This document shows, in pieces, positions 12,181 through 26,037 of a stretch of 64,000 nt of DNA (position 1 is its first letter; every line of letters starts with the position of its first letter). This DNA is from Batkoa obscura (lineage: Eukaryota): the NCBI GenBank assembly GCA_030770535.1, contig JASVEC010000027.1:124001-188000 (forward strand). Direction: 5' to 3'. A model generated the notes under the pieces. The model worked only from the letters and a program-made list of their open reading frames with translations. It was not told where the DNA came from and ran no database searches. A program made the position numbers and the translations under genes.

Positions 12181-12284
12181 TATGGGGGTGTTTTTTTTGG
12201 CTTCATCATTTTTTGCATCTTTTAAGCGCTATTTGAGTGGAAAAATTGTTGGTAAAATTCTTAAACACAAAATATATCCCTATA
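12181..12284. mobile_element. MITE family 1 copy
   Basis: tatgggggtgttttttt...taagcgctatttgagtgg...atatccctata. Confidence 0.88.
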
Positions 12285-12404
12285 TTTTAAATTCATTACT
12301 AAGCAATCAGATAGTAAAAGTAAAATAAGCTATTAGTCTCAGAATTAACAAAAAGAAAAGATATTTTTTATTTTATATAAATATGATAAATCAACTCAAT
12401 ACTT

Positions 12405-14186
12405 TTATAACTCAGCCAATGCTAAAACTTCTTTACTACTGTTAATCAGCCTCTTAATCTCCTCAGCAAACTCTTTCTCTAGTATAAAATTACTCATATA
12501 CAATTTGATCCTATTAAGCGCTCTTAATCCATCATACTTATTATCAAAGGCTTGGCAAAACTGGGTCAATAGTGAAACAACGATAATACTCTGATTTTTA
12601 CACTGTTCAATAATACTCGCATACTGTTGATAATTGCTTTCAAACGATAATATAGAAAATAGCACAAACGTCGGATAAGTGATTTGCATAAATATGGGCG
12701 CTTCTAAGATAGTTGCAAGCTTATTAGTCCTTCTACTATTACTTTTAGTTAAATTTCTTTTCAGCCAGGCGATATAAAATCCAATAATGTCATCACTCGC
12801 TTTAAATAGCAAATGGATTTCGATATTATTGAATTGGACAGGCATTGGCTCAGCTAATACAGAGGGATAAAACAAGTAAATATAAATAGCACTGATGAAG
12901 GATTTAAATTTATTTTTCATTGTACAATCGCCCTTATTATTATCACTATCACTCATCAATTTCAATTTGACTTCATTCTTAAAATACTGCTCATAGATAT
13001 ATTTCAATTCCTGCAACCTTAATTGAAATTTAAGTGGCGGCAATCTTAGCATTTCATTACTTATCACCTGATTCAATTGATTATACTGTTTATATTGTAC
13101 TTTTACATTCTGTATCTGAGCCATGATTTCAAAAAAAATCTCCAATACCTTTTTAGCAATAATAGGCAAATCGATGGCCAAATGTCCTATGTTATCACTG
13201 TTATTCAAATGTCGCAACTCTTTATCAAAATTAAAATTTAAAGAAATTGAAGTTGGTAGCACATTAATAGCCGGTAACTCAGGTCCAACACATCTTAATA
13301 TCATATAGGTCAATCCCAACGCTTTCCATATACTATTTCCCCTCTCATGTAAATGATTTTTCTCTTGCACTTCCTCTTCTAAAAAGATATTATCTCTGAT
13401 CTCTGCATCAGCTTTATTTAATCCGAGGCTTTCAGCCATCCTAACAGCTGATGAAAAATATTTAAACGCTGATTTTAAATCAACATGAGAAAATGAAATA
13501 AAAGTTAAAAATACTAATCCAGTCACGTTTTCAATGGAAGGGTTAGCATAAGCACCTGGTAAACATTTTTTTGCATTTTTTAAGTTTAAATGATAAAATT
13601 CATGTTGATATTTTAATGGTGGATAAGAAGAGGTGAATCTAGTTAACATACCGTGTAATGAATATGACAAAAGGGTAGGTTTCTTACTTTTTAAAGTATT
13701 AAATACTTGAGCTGGATTTAACCAAACTTGAAAAAAATCAATATCTTTTGAATAGACAGTAACACAATTTTCTAAAAAGGAGTTTAAATTATGACTAGGC
13801 TGTTTCATAAATGGGAATACATCCAATTTATTTTCCTTTGATTGGCTTAATTGATGTTTAAACTCTTTGATCTTATTTTCAATCATTATTTCTTCATCAG
13901 AATCATATGTTGTATCATTAATCAATTTAATCAGTTGTTTGTTTGTAAAACTCAAGTAATCTAAACTATTACTAAATAATATTTAAACACCAACTATTTA
14001 TTTACCTGCTATTATAACTCTTCTTGGGTCTTTAGCCATCAGTTTATAATCCCCCATCATTTTAATAACTATATCTTCCATCTCTTTTATTTTAAGTCTT
14101 CGTTTATCCATATTACTTCTTACTGCTTCTTTCTTCCTTTTAATTTTAAATTTTATCATATGTTTTGAGTATCCTTGTTCTTCCAT
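12405..14186 (-). CDS. Fungal-specific transcription factor domain (Fungal_trans/MHR-like) protein with no visible Zn2Cys6 cluster
   Basis: Exon 1 14186-~14007 splices to the 516-aa ORF; PSIENVTGLVFL, YFSSAVRMAESLGLNK...ERGNSIW resemble the middle homology region. Confidence 0.65.
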
Positions 14187-14892
14187 CTTGTTTTTTAAAA
14201 TAATAAAAAATAATTTGGCTTATTTTATGAGTAAATAGTCAAAGTTCAGTTTCAAATGTAGCCAATAAAACTAGAAAAATATTTATAAGTGTAATGGCAT
14301 GATTTAGAGTGGTAAAATCGAACTATTGTTATTTACTTTTATTTAATACTTTTAAACAATAGATTGATGTTCCTATTATGTTTGTTACCAAAAAAAGTTT
14401 TCTTTACATTAAAACGTTTATAAGCAATTAAAATTTATAGATCTTATATAGTTTTACTAGATTTAAATCAAATTGAAGTTTTTTGATGAATAAGTTAAAT
14501 TAAATCATTTTCGCTCCTGAATATTAAATAATTAATATTAAAAATGATGTTATTTTGTTTTTATTTGATATTGAATTTGGCCTATTTTTAAATTCTTCAA
14601 TTTAATAGGCAAGTATTTTAATTAAAAAATGAAAAAATGAAAAGGAGCTAAGGAAAGTACGCTTAACATGGACATTGCTACAGAGCTTTTTGACTTTGAC
14701 TTAGTAATCAACAAAAGTAAATAATTTATTAATTAAGATATAAATATGGTCCTACAGCTTAAATTTATTAAAAGAGTTGAATTCAAAGTGATAAATCAAG
14801 TTTTACCTCCTTTGTATTTTTTGAATTTGTCCAAATTTTAAGCTTAAAACTTAAAAACATTCACATATAAAACTACTAAATAAGAAAATATA

Positions 14893-16525
14893 TAGGGATG
14901 TCTAAATTAGTTTCATCTTTTTATCCAATTTTTAAATATTTTACATTTTAAAACTTAATTTATAAACAAATTATTTATTAAAAGGCAAAAGTACCCAATA
15001 CAGTTTTAAACTATTTTATTATAATTTATATTGTAAGTTGGCAGAATTTCTACTAAATTTAATAGAAATTCCCGGATTAGCAAGACTTTTACTAATATAA
15101 CTTGTATATTGATATTAATCAAAGTTGTAGCATGTAAATAAGTACATATTTCTATAAAACTTTATTACAATTATATTATTAATATATTACTAAGTTAATA
15201 AATAGCTGGATAAAAGGGAATGGTTAGCCCCAAAACTATAATTAACTATTTTTATATTTTTTAAAAATTATATCTGTTCTCCTATTATTAATAGTTAAAC
15301 TATTAATTTTATTATATTTATAAATAATAATCTCAAATTTTAAAATTAAGTAATATTTTTTATTTTATCTAATGCTTTAAAAGTATTTTTCCATTATAAA
15401 TTTTTTTTAAAATAATTATCAATTGTGGTTTTTTTTATAATACTTAGCAAAAAAGTTAAAATTGTTATTCATTTTATAACTTTTTTTTAATATATGATAT
15501 AGAAACTTTTAAAATTTAAAATGATTTCTTATATCTGCTTATATATTAGTTTTCATAAACTTTGTGAAATATTGCTTTATCGGCTCTCAGATTGATTGTA
15601 ATTCAACAATCACTTAAGTTGTTGTGTTCTCAAGTTCAAGCACAATCAAGTCAGAGTCCCTTATTTTGATTTGTTGCGAGAATTTCTAACTTCATATTGC
15701 AAACAATATTATCTCCTTTTAATATCCATACTTATTGGGGTATAAAAGAGATCCTTCAACATGATAACTCGAGGCTTTTTAATTGAATTATTCCCTGATA
15801 TCGTACCATTAATAAAGCCACTAAGTCTTTCTGACAACATCTTACATAGATTTTACAGTAGTATTTTCTATTCTATTTGTTTTACATAATTCGTAGCTTA
15901 TTACGTATTAATTTTATTCATTTAAGTCTATCTTAGTCACATAAACTAAGACCGTTCGACTCAAGGCAAGTTAATCAAGCAAGGACTGCTTTTAACTCTA
16001 ACCACTGAGTATCAACTTTCACAACTTTTTAAATAAAAGCTTTTTAGATATTAAATCAATTAAATAGTTTTTTGTATATCCTAAACCATAATTTAATATT
16101 TTAAATAAATAATCAAAATAAACTTTGCTTATTGTTTTATTATTTTTTAAACATAAAACACTAAACTTTAATATTGATATAATTTATTTATTATAATAAT
16201 TTAAATTTATTAAAATTAGTCTTGTTTTTATTTTTATATTTTATTTGAAGTAAAACTATTATTTAATTTTTACTATTTAATTTTTTAATAATTTTATTAA
16301 ATATCTCTTTTTAAATATTATATATCTATTAGAAATTTAATAAGAATAATATAAAATATATAATTAAAAAAATTAATTATTTGAAAAAAATAGAACAATC
16401 AAAATAAGTCTTTAAATTAAATAAAAAGATTTAATTTTAAGCCTTCTAAATTTAACCAATCACATGTTAAGGACTTATGAATTTAAAGTTGAATTAAATT
16501 CAGAAACTAATTTGGACATCCCCAT
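14893..16525. mobile_element. Degenerate ~1.6-kb TIR element (Tc1/mariner-like ends), no intact ORF
   Basis: gggatgtctaaattagtttc at 14895 and its near-perfect reverse complement gaaactaatttggacatccc at 16503, in TA-rich flanks. Confidence 0.5.
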
Positions 16526-16564
16526 ATTATTATATCTTTATTTTCTATTTTAATTAATCATTAT

Positions 16565-16668
16565 ATAAAGATATTTTTTTTAATTTCGTCACTTTTTCCA
16601 TTTCTTAAGCGCTATTTGAGTGGAAAGATTGTTAGTAAAACTCTTGAACAAAAAAATACATTACCATA
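16565..16668. mobile_element. MITE family 1 copy
   Basis: Core actttttccatttcttaagcgctatttgagtggaaagattgttagtaaaa. Confidence 0.85.
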
Positions 16669-16776
16669 TTAAAGTCTATAATATTAATTTAATAATTTAA
16701 AAACAATTTAAAATAAATAAAAGTTTTAATCTTTTATTAAACAAATAATATTTTGTTATTTTGTTATTTTGTTATT

Positions 16777-16905
16777 TTAATTATCATCTATATCCTCTTT
16801 GACCTTATCTTTATTTATGAATGCATTTTTTAATCTATCAATAATTTTTTGATCATAAAATTGTAAATTATGACTATTTATAACCTTTTCCTTTGTTCCA
16901 TTTGA

Positions 16906-16937
<32 letters not shown>

Positions 16938-18776
16938 TTAACTCATTAACATATCTATTTAAAATAATACAAAAAAATAAATGAAATTGTTCTAAATTTA
17001 TAAATTCTTTCTTTTCTAATAACTCTTTAGATAATAGTCCATCCTGGTCAGCTAACAATATACCTACCATTTTTTGATACATTTTACTTAATGTAATTAA
17101 ATTTAATAATACTTCATCTTTATCTTTTATATTATCTTTTTGAAACTTATTTAATAATTCTTTAATTTCTTCATTTAACCCATAATTATTACTTTCTAAT
17201 ACTTCCGTTTTATATTTATCATTATCAATCCTTTTATCTAATAAAAACACACTTACATCCGTACATATTGATATCACATATGCTGCAGTAACTAATCCTA
17301 ATAAAGAATAAAATATCATAATTCCTCGACTATACACTTCTTTAGGTACAAAATCACCATAACCTATAGTTGTAAATGATATAAAACAAAAATAAATAGC
17401 ATCAAAATAAGTCCATGTCTCTGCATACATAAAAATTACTCCACCTATAAACCTAAATAAAAATAAAAATAAAATAAAATAAAATAAATAAATAAATATA
17501 AATTTATATAATAATATATTAAATTACCAAAATAAAGCTAAAGTTAATATTGAAAACATTAATTGATGTTTAATAATATACCATTTTTCATTTAATAAAT
17601 TAATATGATATTCATATCTTATATAGTTAGCATTTTTATAATCAAAGTTGGAACTTAAAAATTGTTGAATATTCTTATAGTTGATTCTTGAGTCATGATT
17701 TTCAATTCTTTTCATATTCTTTAAAAACATACTCTCAACACTTTTCAATAAAGCTATACGCACTGAATTAATTAATAAAGCTGTAAAAGTAATTCCTATT
17801 ATAGCATAAAAAAATAAAAAGATTTTGGTACTTAATAATTTTGGTGTTAAATCCCCAAAGCCCATCGTTGTATTTGTTACTTAAAATTAAATATTACTAA
17901 ATGTTATTAAATATTATTATTATTATTAAATATTATTATTATTATTAAATATTATTATTATTAATTATTATTATTATTAATTATTATTATTATTAATTAT
18001 TATTGTTAAATATTAACTATTAATTATTAATTAAATAAAAATAAAGTTACCTAATGTAAAATAAATTCCATCAATAAAACTCCAACCTTCTAAACCACAA
18101 AAGATAATAGCACCTATTTTAGACCATATAATTGTTAACATACAATAGATTACTAACATTCGATGTTTCTTTGATATAATCTTATTCTTTGATGTTGTTT
18201 TATATTTGATAAAATCAAAGGTTAAAAATACAACTGAAATTAAAGATAAACAAGTAGCTATTGAAGATAATATAAACTTATAAGAAACTTCTTTGTGTTT
18301 GATCTCCGAATTAAAATAGTAAAAAGTTACTGATATAGCCATTAAGGTAACTAAAAAGTGAATAAAGTTTGGTATATTAAAATATACAAAATAATTACTT
18401 ACAATGAATGAAAAAGAAAAGAATAGTTAATATTGTATTCAAAACTATCCTTTTTTCCCAAAATCTAGTTACTAAAGTAATCGAACCAAATAATTGGAAT
18501 AGATTAGCTACTATACTACAGATGGCATTGACTAAAATGAATTCAATTTAAATTTAAATCATATTAGTAATAATAATAAAATTTACTTGGATGAAGTTTA
18601 AACTCTTTATTTTCAAATACATTATTTAACATCCATGAACTTTCTATAAACGGTATACTTAATAAAATAGATAATGGAGTAATAATTCCAACGGTTGTTG
18701 TAAGTAATTTCAATGGTCTTTGTTTTGAATTGGAATGATCGTTGACATTATTAAATAATTGTTTTAACATCTTCAT
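16777..18776 (-). CDS. TOK1: TOK1-type two-pore (8-TM) outward-rectifier K+ channel, copy A
   Basis: Five exons; four extra N-terminal TM segments; P1 WSFIDGIYF..TTMGFGD and P2 WTYFDAIYFCFISFTTIGYGD. Confidence 0.88.
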
Positions 18777-19225
18777 TTTAATAATAATTGAATAGTTGAA
18801 TACAAAAAAAATGAATTTTATATAACAGTGGATTATCCTTTTATTATAAACTTCTAGTTTAATTGTAAACACTTCTTTTTTGTTTCACTATTTTAAATTG
18901 ATATTCCTTTATTCTTTTGTGGCATAAACTTTAGAAAAATAAATAGAAGCAAGAAAAATATTTATCACTTAATTTTTTAAATTATGTTTAGAATAAAATT
19001 TCATACAAGTTTGAAATTATATATCCGAAATAAGCTACAGATATATGAATTTTACGAATAACTTAATATACAATAAATAAATAAAATATAATAACTAGAA
19101 TATCAAAGGCTTACATAATATTTAACACTATGAAATGACGACTATATAAGTCTTTTTTAATACAAATAAATTTGATTTTATTTTCAAAATTAAAATATAC
19201 AAAAATCAACATAAAAAACATACTA

Positions 19226-21148
19226 TTAAGGTAATTGATTTTTTGAATTCTCTAATTCAATAGTATTTGTATCATTCTCTTCATTATCTTTATATTGAGT
19301 ATTATAAAGGTTTAATGAAGTATCTGTAAATTCTCTTGAAATTATAGTATCATATTTTGAAATAATATTAGGATCTACCTTTTTTTCAAAATGTGATAAT
19401 ATTTTACAAAATAAATTATGATATGATTCCAATTGTTGAAATTCATTATTAATTAATATTTCATTAGATAATAGACCATCTGAATCAATTAAATGAGTAG
19501 CTACATGACGTTGATATATTTTACATAAAGATATTAATTCACATGTAACTTCCATACTATTCTCATTTTTTAAATTACTAATTTTACTTAATAAATTATC
19601 TAATTCCATTTGTTCTTCATTCTCATTTTCTAATTCAATTTTAGTTTGATGTTTATAATTAATTTTTTCAATTCTTCTTTCAAATATTCGAGAACTCATT
19701 TCAGTACCTACAGAAATTACATAAGCTGCAGCTACTAATCCTAATAATGAATAGCCTATAAAAGCTAAAATTCCAGGGAAGGTTTTAATGGTAATATCAC
19801 CATACCCTACCGTAGTAAAAGATACAAAACAAAAATAAACTGCATCAAAATAAGTCCAATCTTCAATCAACATAAAGATTACGGCACCTAAAAACCTAAA
19901 GTTTAAAATTAATATGAATATTAAATTATTTATTTATTTATTATTATTTTTATATTTTACTTACCAAAATAAAATCAAACTTAAAATGGAAAATTGTAAT
20001 TGTCTAGTTAATAAAGTCCACTTTTCATTATTTAATAATTTTCTTTGTTTCCTACGAATTTTGGATGCATTTTGAGGTTCAAAATGACCAGTTAATAATT
20101 GTTGTTTAGTACTTAATAAACTTAAATCTTCATTAGAACCCATAGTTTCTCCATAATACGTTTTATATAATGCTTCCACTTTTTCCATATATATATTTTC
20201 AAATCCTTCTAATATTACTATTCTTATAGAATTAATTAAAATACCCATCATAACCATACCAATAATTGCATAAAAAAATAAAAATATTCGAGTGCCTAAT
20301 TCTTTAGGTACTAAATCACCAAATCCAATAGTAGTCATAGTAACTAATTATAATATATTTAATATAATTAAAATAATAATAATTAAATAATTATAATATT
20401 AAATAATTAATAATAACTTACCCATTGTAAAATAAATACCTCTAGTAAATGTCCAATTTTCAACTGAAGAAAAAATAATAGCACCAATAGCTGACCACAT
20501 AGAAACTAAAATAGCAAATACAACTAAAGTACGTTGACTATTTGTAATCCCACTACCTTTTCTTCTTAATTGATCTTGTCGAAAATAATCGATTAATAGA
20601 AATATTACAGAAATAAAAGATATTAATGCTGCACCAATACCAGCCATGAAATCACCTGTGAATTTTAAATTGGCTTGAGATTGTACTAAAGGTAAATATT
20701 CCACCCAAAACTTAATAATAGGACCAAGGATAAAGGCAACTAGAATAAGATTAAATTTAATATTGTTATTACTATTGTTTTTTTTATCTATTATAAATTA
20801 CTATGACATGTAAAAAAAGCAATCGATAAAAAAGTAGATAATACAATTCTTTTTTCCCAAAATCGTGCTAATAAAGCAATTGTTGCTATCAATTGACATA
20901 CAATGGCAATTATAACAAGTGAAGTAATAGCTAATATTTAATATTTAATAAAAAGAAATAATAAATATATTATATTAATGTTTACCTGGTCCTTTATCTC
21001 CTTTTTGATCTGATAATCTATCTACATTTATCCAAGTACCAATTAAACAAGGAAAACTTAATAAAATGGACAATGGAGTTAATGTACCTACTAAAGTTGG
21101 TAAGTATCTTATTTTATTATATTTTGTTTTGATCTTTTGTTTTATCAT
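19226..21148 (-). CDS. TOK1: TOK1-type K+ channel, diverged tandem paralogue B
   Basis: Same exon layout as copy A; P1 TTIGFGD, P2 TTVGYGD; ATG at 21148. Confidence 0.88.
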
Positions 21149-22105
21149 AATAAATTTTATTTTTTATCTTATTTTAACACATAAAAATCTGTTAAAGAAT
21201 TTAATTTAATTGATTTTATTTTCATTTATATATATCTTCTTGTTGGTTCAATTTTAATTGCATTTTGGATTATACTCCTCCTTTTTATTCTTTGTAGATT
21301 AACTTTTTGATTATTTCATCACCTATTTTTTCTCCGATTTTATGATTTCATGACTCATTAATAAAAAATTAATCAATATTTCACTTTATTTATTTAACAA
21401 TATTGTATATTTTTTTTTTATATTATATTAATATCAATATCAATATATTAATATAATTAAATAATAAATAAAAATTTAAAGTTATTATTATCTTAAATTA
21501 TTTTATTCTATTCTAAAGGTTAATTTTAGATTTCAAATTAAATTTAAAAATTAAATAAAAAAGAATAGAATTTTATAAATAAAATAAAATAAAAATTATT
21601 AAATTATTAAAAGGTTCAATTAAATTGAATATAAAAAGTAAATTACTTTAATATTATATTCATTAATTATGTATTAATTTTTATATTAATTGAATGTAAA
21701 ATATTCTATTTTATTAGTTAATATATTATCAATGAAAATTATTTAGTTATATATAACGAAATATGTATATAGTAAAAATTATAACTTAGAATACTTAAGA
21801 TAATTTAAACTAATTTATTTATATACCATATGACATTTAATTAAATTATTATGATATAATAATTTAAGAGTTTTAATTAAATAATTATTTTTATATATAA
21901 TATAAATCATATTATTTAGATAAGCATTATCATAATATAATATGTTAATTATTAATTATACACTATAACTAATTATTTAATAAAGCTAAAAAATAAACAA
22001 AAATAAACACAATATAAAATCAAATATATATATTATAAATAGAAATATAAAATTAATTCATTTGATTTAATCTATTAATTTTGATCTCTTTACTTTATCT
22101 TTTAC

Positions 22106-22962
22106 TTAAACATTAATTTGATTCTCACTAACAATCTCTTCAATAGGAGTATCAGGTATAACAGTAACCTTTAAACTATGTACTCCAATAGTGTCTAAGT
22201 TAACTTTAGCAAAATAAGTCCCAATTTTTTTAATTTTATCTAATTGAAGACTATCTTTATCAATAACTAAATAATGTTGATCTCTTAAATAACGTATCAA
22301 ATCTTCATTAGTAACAGAACCATATAACATACCATCCGAACCAATAACTGCTCTTGTAAAACTTACTTGTTCAATATTTTGAAGTTCTCGATGAATTCGA
22401 GCTAATCGCATATATTGAACAAAACTTTGTTTACTTGAAGTGGCCTTTTTAATTTAAATAATTAATCATTTTAAAAATTAAAATATTAAATATATCTACC
22501 TCGGGTTTATCTTCTTGTTTAGTTTTATTTAATTCTAATTGTGCACGGTGAATTTGATTTTTATCTTTTAATACATATTGGGCTAATTGGTTTGGATATA
22601 AATCATTTCTCATATGTCCAGCTAAAAAATATTAATTAATATTATATATTTATATATTTATTTATTTATTTATTTATTTATTTATATTAAAATAAAACAC
22701 TTACGTCGAACTTTAATAATATCACCAGCCTGACCAAGTTTTTCAACATAAGTTAATAATTTAACTGTTAAAGCTGGTTTACGTTTTTTATGTCTTTTAG
22801 CAATCTTTTTGAAATGAAAAAATTATTACTTATTATTCATAATTAACTTAATTTTAATAAACTTACCAAATTAAACCCAGAAATTTGAGATTCAGAAACA
22901 AATATATTGGGTGTTGAATTGCTGCATTTTCTAATTATATTAGTATATAATGCTTTTAACAT
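22106..22962 (-). CDS. Mitochondrial ribosomal protein bL9m
   Basis: Four exons; VKLLTYVEKLGQAGDIIKVRPGHMRNDLYP (L9 N-domain) and LYGSVT...IKKIGTY (L9 C-domain). Confidence 0.88.
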
Positions 22963-23125
22963 GATTCTATTTTTTTTATTGGAATGTTTTGTTGATTTTT
23001 CTAAAGTTAATTAAAAAATTAAGATATTTTTAATGGGATATGACATTGAAATCTTTGGATTGAATTCTATGAATCAATCGATTTTTATTTGTTAAAAAGA
23101 TTTTAGGTAACAAAAAATAGCTTCT

Positions 23126-23171
23126 CTGTTAATCCAATACAAGGTCTCGAGTTCGAATCTTATCGCACTCA
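23126..23171 (+). pseudogene. Possible degenerate tRNA 3' half (Asn-like)
   Basis: CT-GTT-AA loop-like sequence followed by ggtctcgaGTTCGAATCttat (B-box/T-loop); stems do not pair properly. Confidence 0.25.
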
Positions 23172-23448
23172 ATTTGTTACTTGATAACTTCTTGGTTATC
23201 GCTTTTATAAAATTCATTGAGATTCCATTATTAAACTTCTCTGAAATTAATCTTTCAAATTACCACCTTCTTCTATTATCATTTGAATGGAAACATTATT
23301 GTGCTTTGTTCTTTCAAAATATTCTAAATATTCTAAAAAAACTACTAATTTCAACAAATGCTACTTATTTAACATTTTAAAGTTACAACTGATAATTTAA
23401 AGCTACTTATTTTAACATATTTAATCAAGAGCAAATTAACAATTAAAA

Positions 23449-23694
23449 TAGGTGTTTAAAACCTTGGTTAAAATTAAGGCTAAAATTTCCCAATTCACTT
23501 TTTTTGTCCATTTTTTATGTAGCATAAATTTTTTGAAATTTTTAATAAATACTAGATAGAACATTAATTAGTATGAGTAATTTTAAAATTTAAGCAAAAA
23601 AGCAACTAATCTCATAGCACCTTGTACTTAATTCGCAATTTTTGCTAAAAATCTAAATTAGACAAAAATTGAACTGAGCTTTTAAACTAACCCA
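23449..23694. mobile_element. MITE family 2 (~250 bp) copy, reverse orientation
   Basis: Reverse complement aligns with 44190-44440 and 55330-55582; TIR consensus GGTTAGTTTAAAAGCTTGGT. Confidence 0.8.
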
Positions 23695-23926
23695 AATTAA
23701 CACTCAAGTTCCAACTATCTAGTCACAAACTATAAAATATAAATAAACGAACTAATAAAAAAATTATGTTATTAAATTCATAAATTTTATTAATAAATAA
23801 AAACATTAAAAATTAATGTTATATTCTTCCCAGATGTCATATCCTAATTCATTATATCGTATTAATGAATAAATCCATTGAATAATTTACTATCCAGGCT
23901 TTAGAGTTTTCGATTAAGTCTGTAAC

Positions 23927-24178
23927 TTAACGTTCAAGTAATTCCATATGATAGGGTTCCTTTGTTTTTTCAATTGTTTTACTATTCGAATTTTCTTCGT
24001 TATTTTCCTTCTTATTAATTGATTGAATACAATGATTATTTATATCATCGTTATAAACATGTAATTTAGCTTTAGGGAAAGTTGGAATCTATTAAGAGAA
24101 TATATATAAGTAAACTTTAAAAAATTCAAAATTAAAACTTACTTGAGTATCATTAATAACAGGAGCAACCTCGTTCAT
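23927..24178 (-). CDS. Putative small two-exon orphan gene (~65 aa) or truncated pseudogene
   Basis: ATG 24178, 12-codon exon, canonical GTAAGT...TAG intron 24089-24142, in-frame exon 2 to TAA 23927; TATATAAA ~60 bp upstream. Confidence 0.35.
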
Positions 24179-26037
24179 CTTTTTATAAATTATATTTTTA
24201 GTAATAACTTATTAAAAATAGTCTTCATAGTCCTTTATATACTTTTTACTTAACTCCATTCTAACTAAGTTTGGCTTATTAAATTGTTTCAATCCATTTA
24301 ACATGATAAGCTTTATCTGAAACGAAACCAATCAATTGAAATCATTGCTTTTAGCTTATCAGTTTATTTTCAGACTGTTTTAGTTATCAAGATTACCGTG
24401 CTATTTTTAAGTAAAATGATTCAAAGTTTAATTAACAGATGATTGAATATTTAATAAAGTTATTAATGAAATAGAAGATTGAAGAATAGTTCCCTATTCT
24501 TTTGATAATAAGAACTTAATAATTTAAAATAAATTTCAAACTAAATAATGATATTTCTTGAAAGTAACAATGTCATAAAATATTTTGAAATTTTGATTTA
24601 TTTATCATAATTTTTGAGGGTTTATAAAAGGCTTTGAAACCTGGTATTAAATCATTATAAGTTTCTATAATTTGTCATCAATTTTATTTAAATTTTAAAT
24701 TTATTGAAGTTTGTATAAATTGAATTAAAATAAATAATTTCTTATCTTGAATAAATAAATTATACCGTCATCATATTCTAATATGTATAGTTGAATTATT
24801 TTTAACTTTGTATTATCTAAACTAAAAGTTAAAATAGATGCTTAGTATCTATTTGAATATTGACAAGTAATTTTCTTTATAATTATTAAAAAAAGTAATA
24901 AAATGCAAGGATAAATTAAATATAAATAGCAGTGTTTTAAATAAAGTCTGGGAATTTTTTAATTTTTGATTAACACATAGTACATAGTATATGACCAAAT
25001 GAATCATCTTTTCTCATAATTAAATTTTCAATTTTAACTTATGATATTCAACTATAAAAAACCCGCATATTTTTGTGGTTGTCTATAATCTACTCTATTT
25101 GATAAGATAATAAACAAAAGATAAAATAATAGAATAGGAGAAAATATTACATTACAAATATACGGAGTTTGTTAATTCATTGTTATGAATACTAATAACA
25201 ATATGAAAAGATAAGAATGGGTAGTGTTTTAATCTTAAGTAATTGAATATTTAAAAAATTGAATATTTGATTTTATGAGCTTCTACTACTTAATCTAATG
25301 AGTATATATTCCCAGCCAAAGTTTAAAAAAGTTTTGATTATTTTATCAATTTTAAACATTTTTATCAATATGGGAGTATTCTTTTCTGGATTCATGTAAT
25401 TCTCGGTTCCTCATACGCTATAATACTGGATAACTTATTGTAAACTCTATAATAAAAGCATCACAATTTTTTAATTTTTAAGCTTAAAAATTGGACAAAA
25501 TCCCTAATAATTAAAAGTGTATAACAAATTAGTTTATGATATAAATCAAATTCTATAACAAAAAACACTTGATATTTCCTTTCTAAATATAAGAAACCAA
25601 AAGATAATGAATTTAATAGATTGAAGCTTGACAACCAACAATTATACTTGAAACAAGGAACATAATAAATCCGATTTTTCATGCCAGATAATTCAGTGCT
25701 TTAAATAGTTGCAAACATGTTTTTAGGCTACAAACTAGAACTTTAAAGCTATACTCAGAGACAGAATTAGAACAGAAATGTAAAGTAGATTGATACGCTT
25801 TAGTTTTTGTAAAAGAAATAAATGAAATCTATTTAACTCTTTGAGTAGTAAAAAGGAGTAAACTTGTCCAATTTAATCAAGCTAAGCAATAAGATTAGTC
25901 CAATCAAATTTAAAATTAAATTGGTATTCAAAGGGCTAAGCATTAAATTTAAAATAGGATTTAAGTTCCATTTTAATAGAAAATAATCAAGTTTAATAAA
26001 AATATCTTTTTTAATATCTTCTTATATTATAAAGATA

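Noticed and set aside
14826..14860. Short match to the reverse complement of ~25466-25500 (ttgtccaa.tttaagcttaaaa)
   Set aside because: Too short and AT-rich to define a repeat family without alignment tools.
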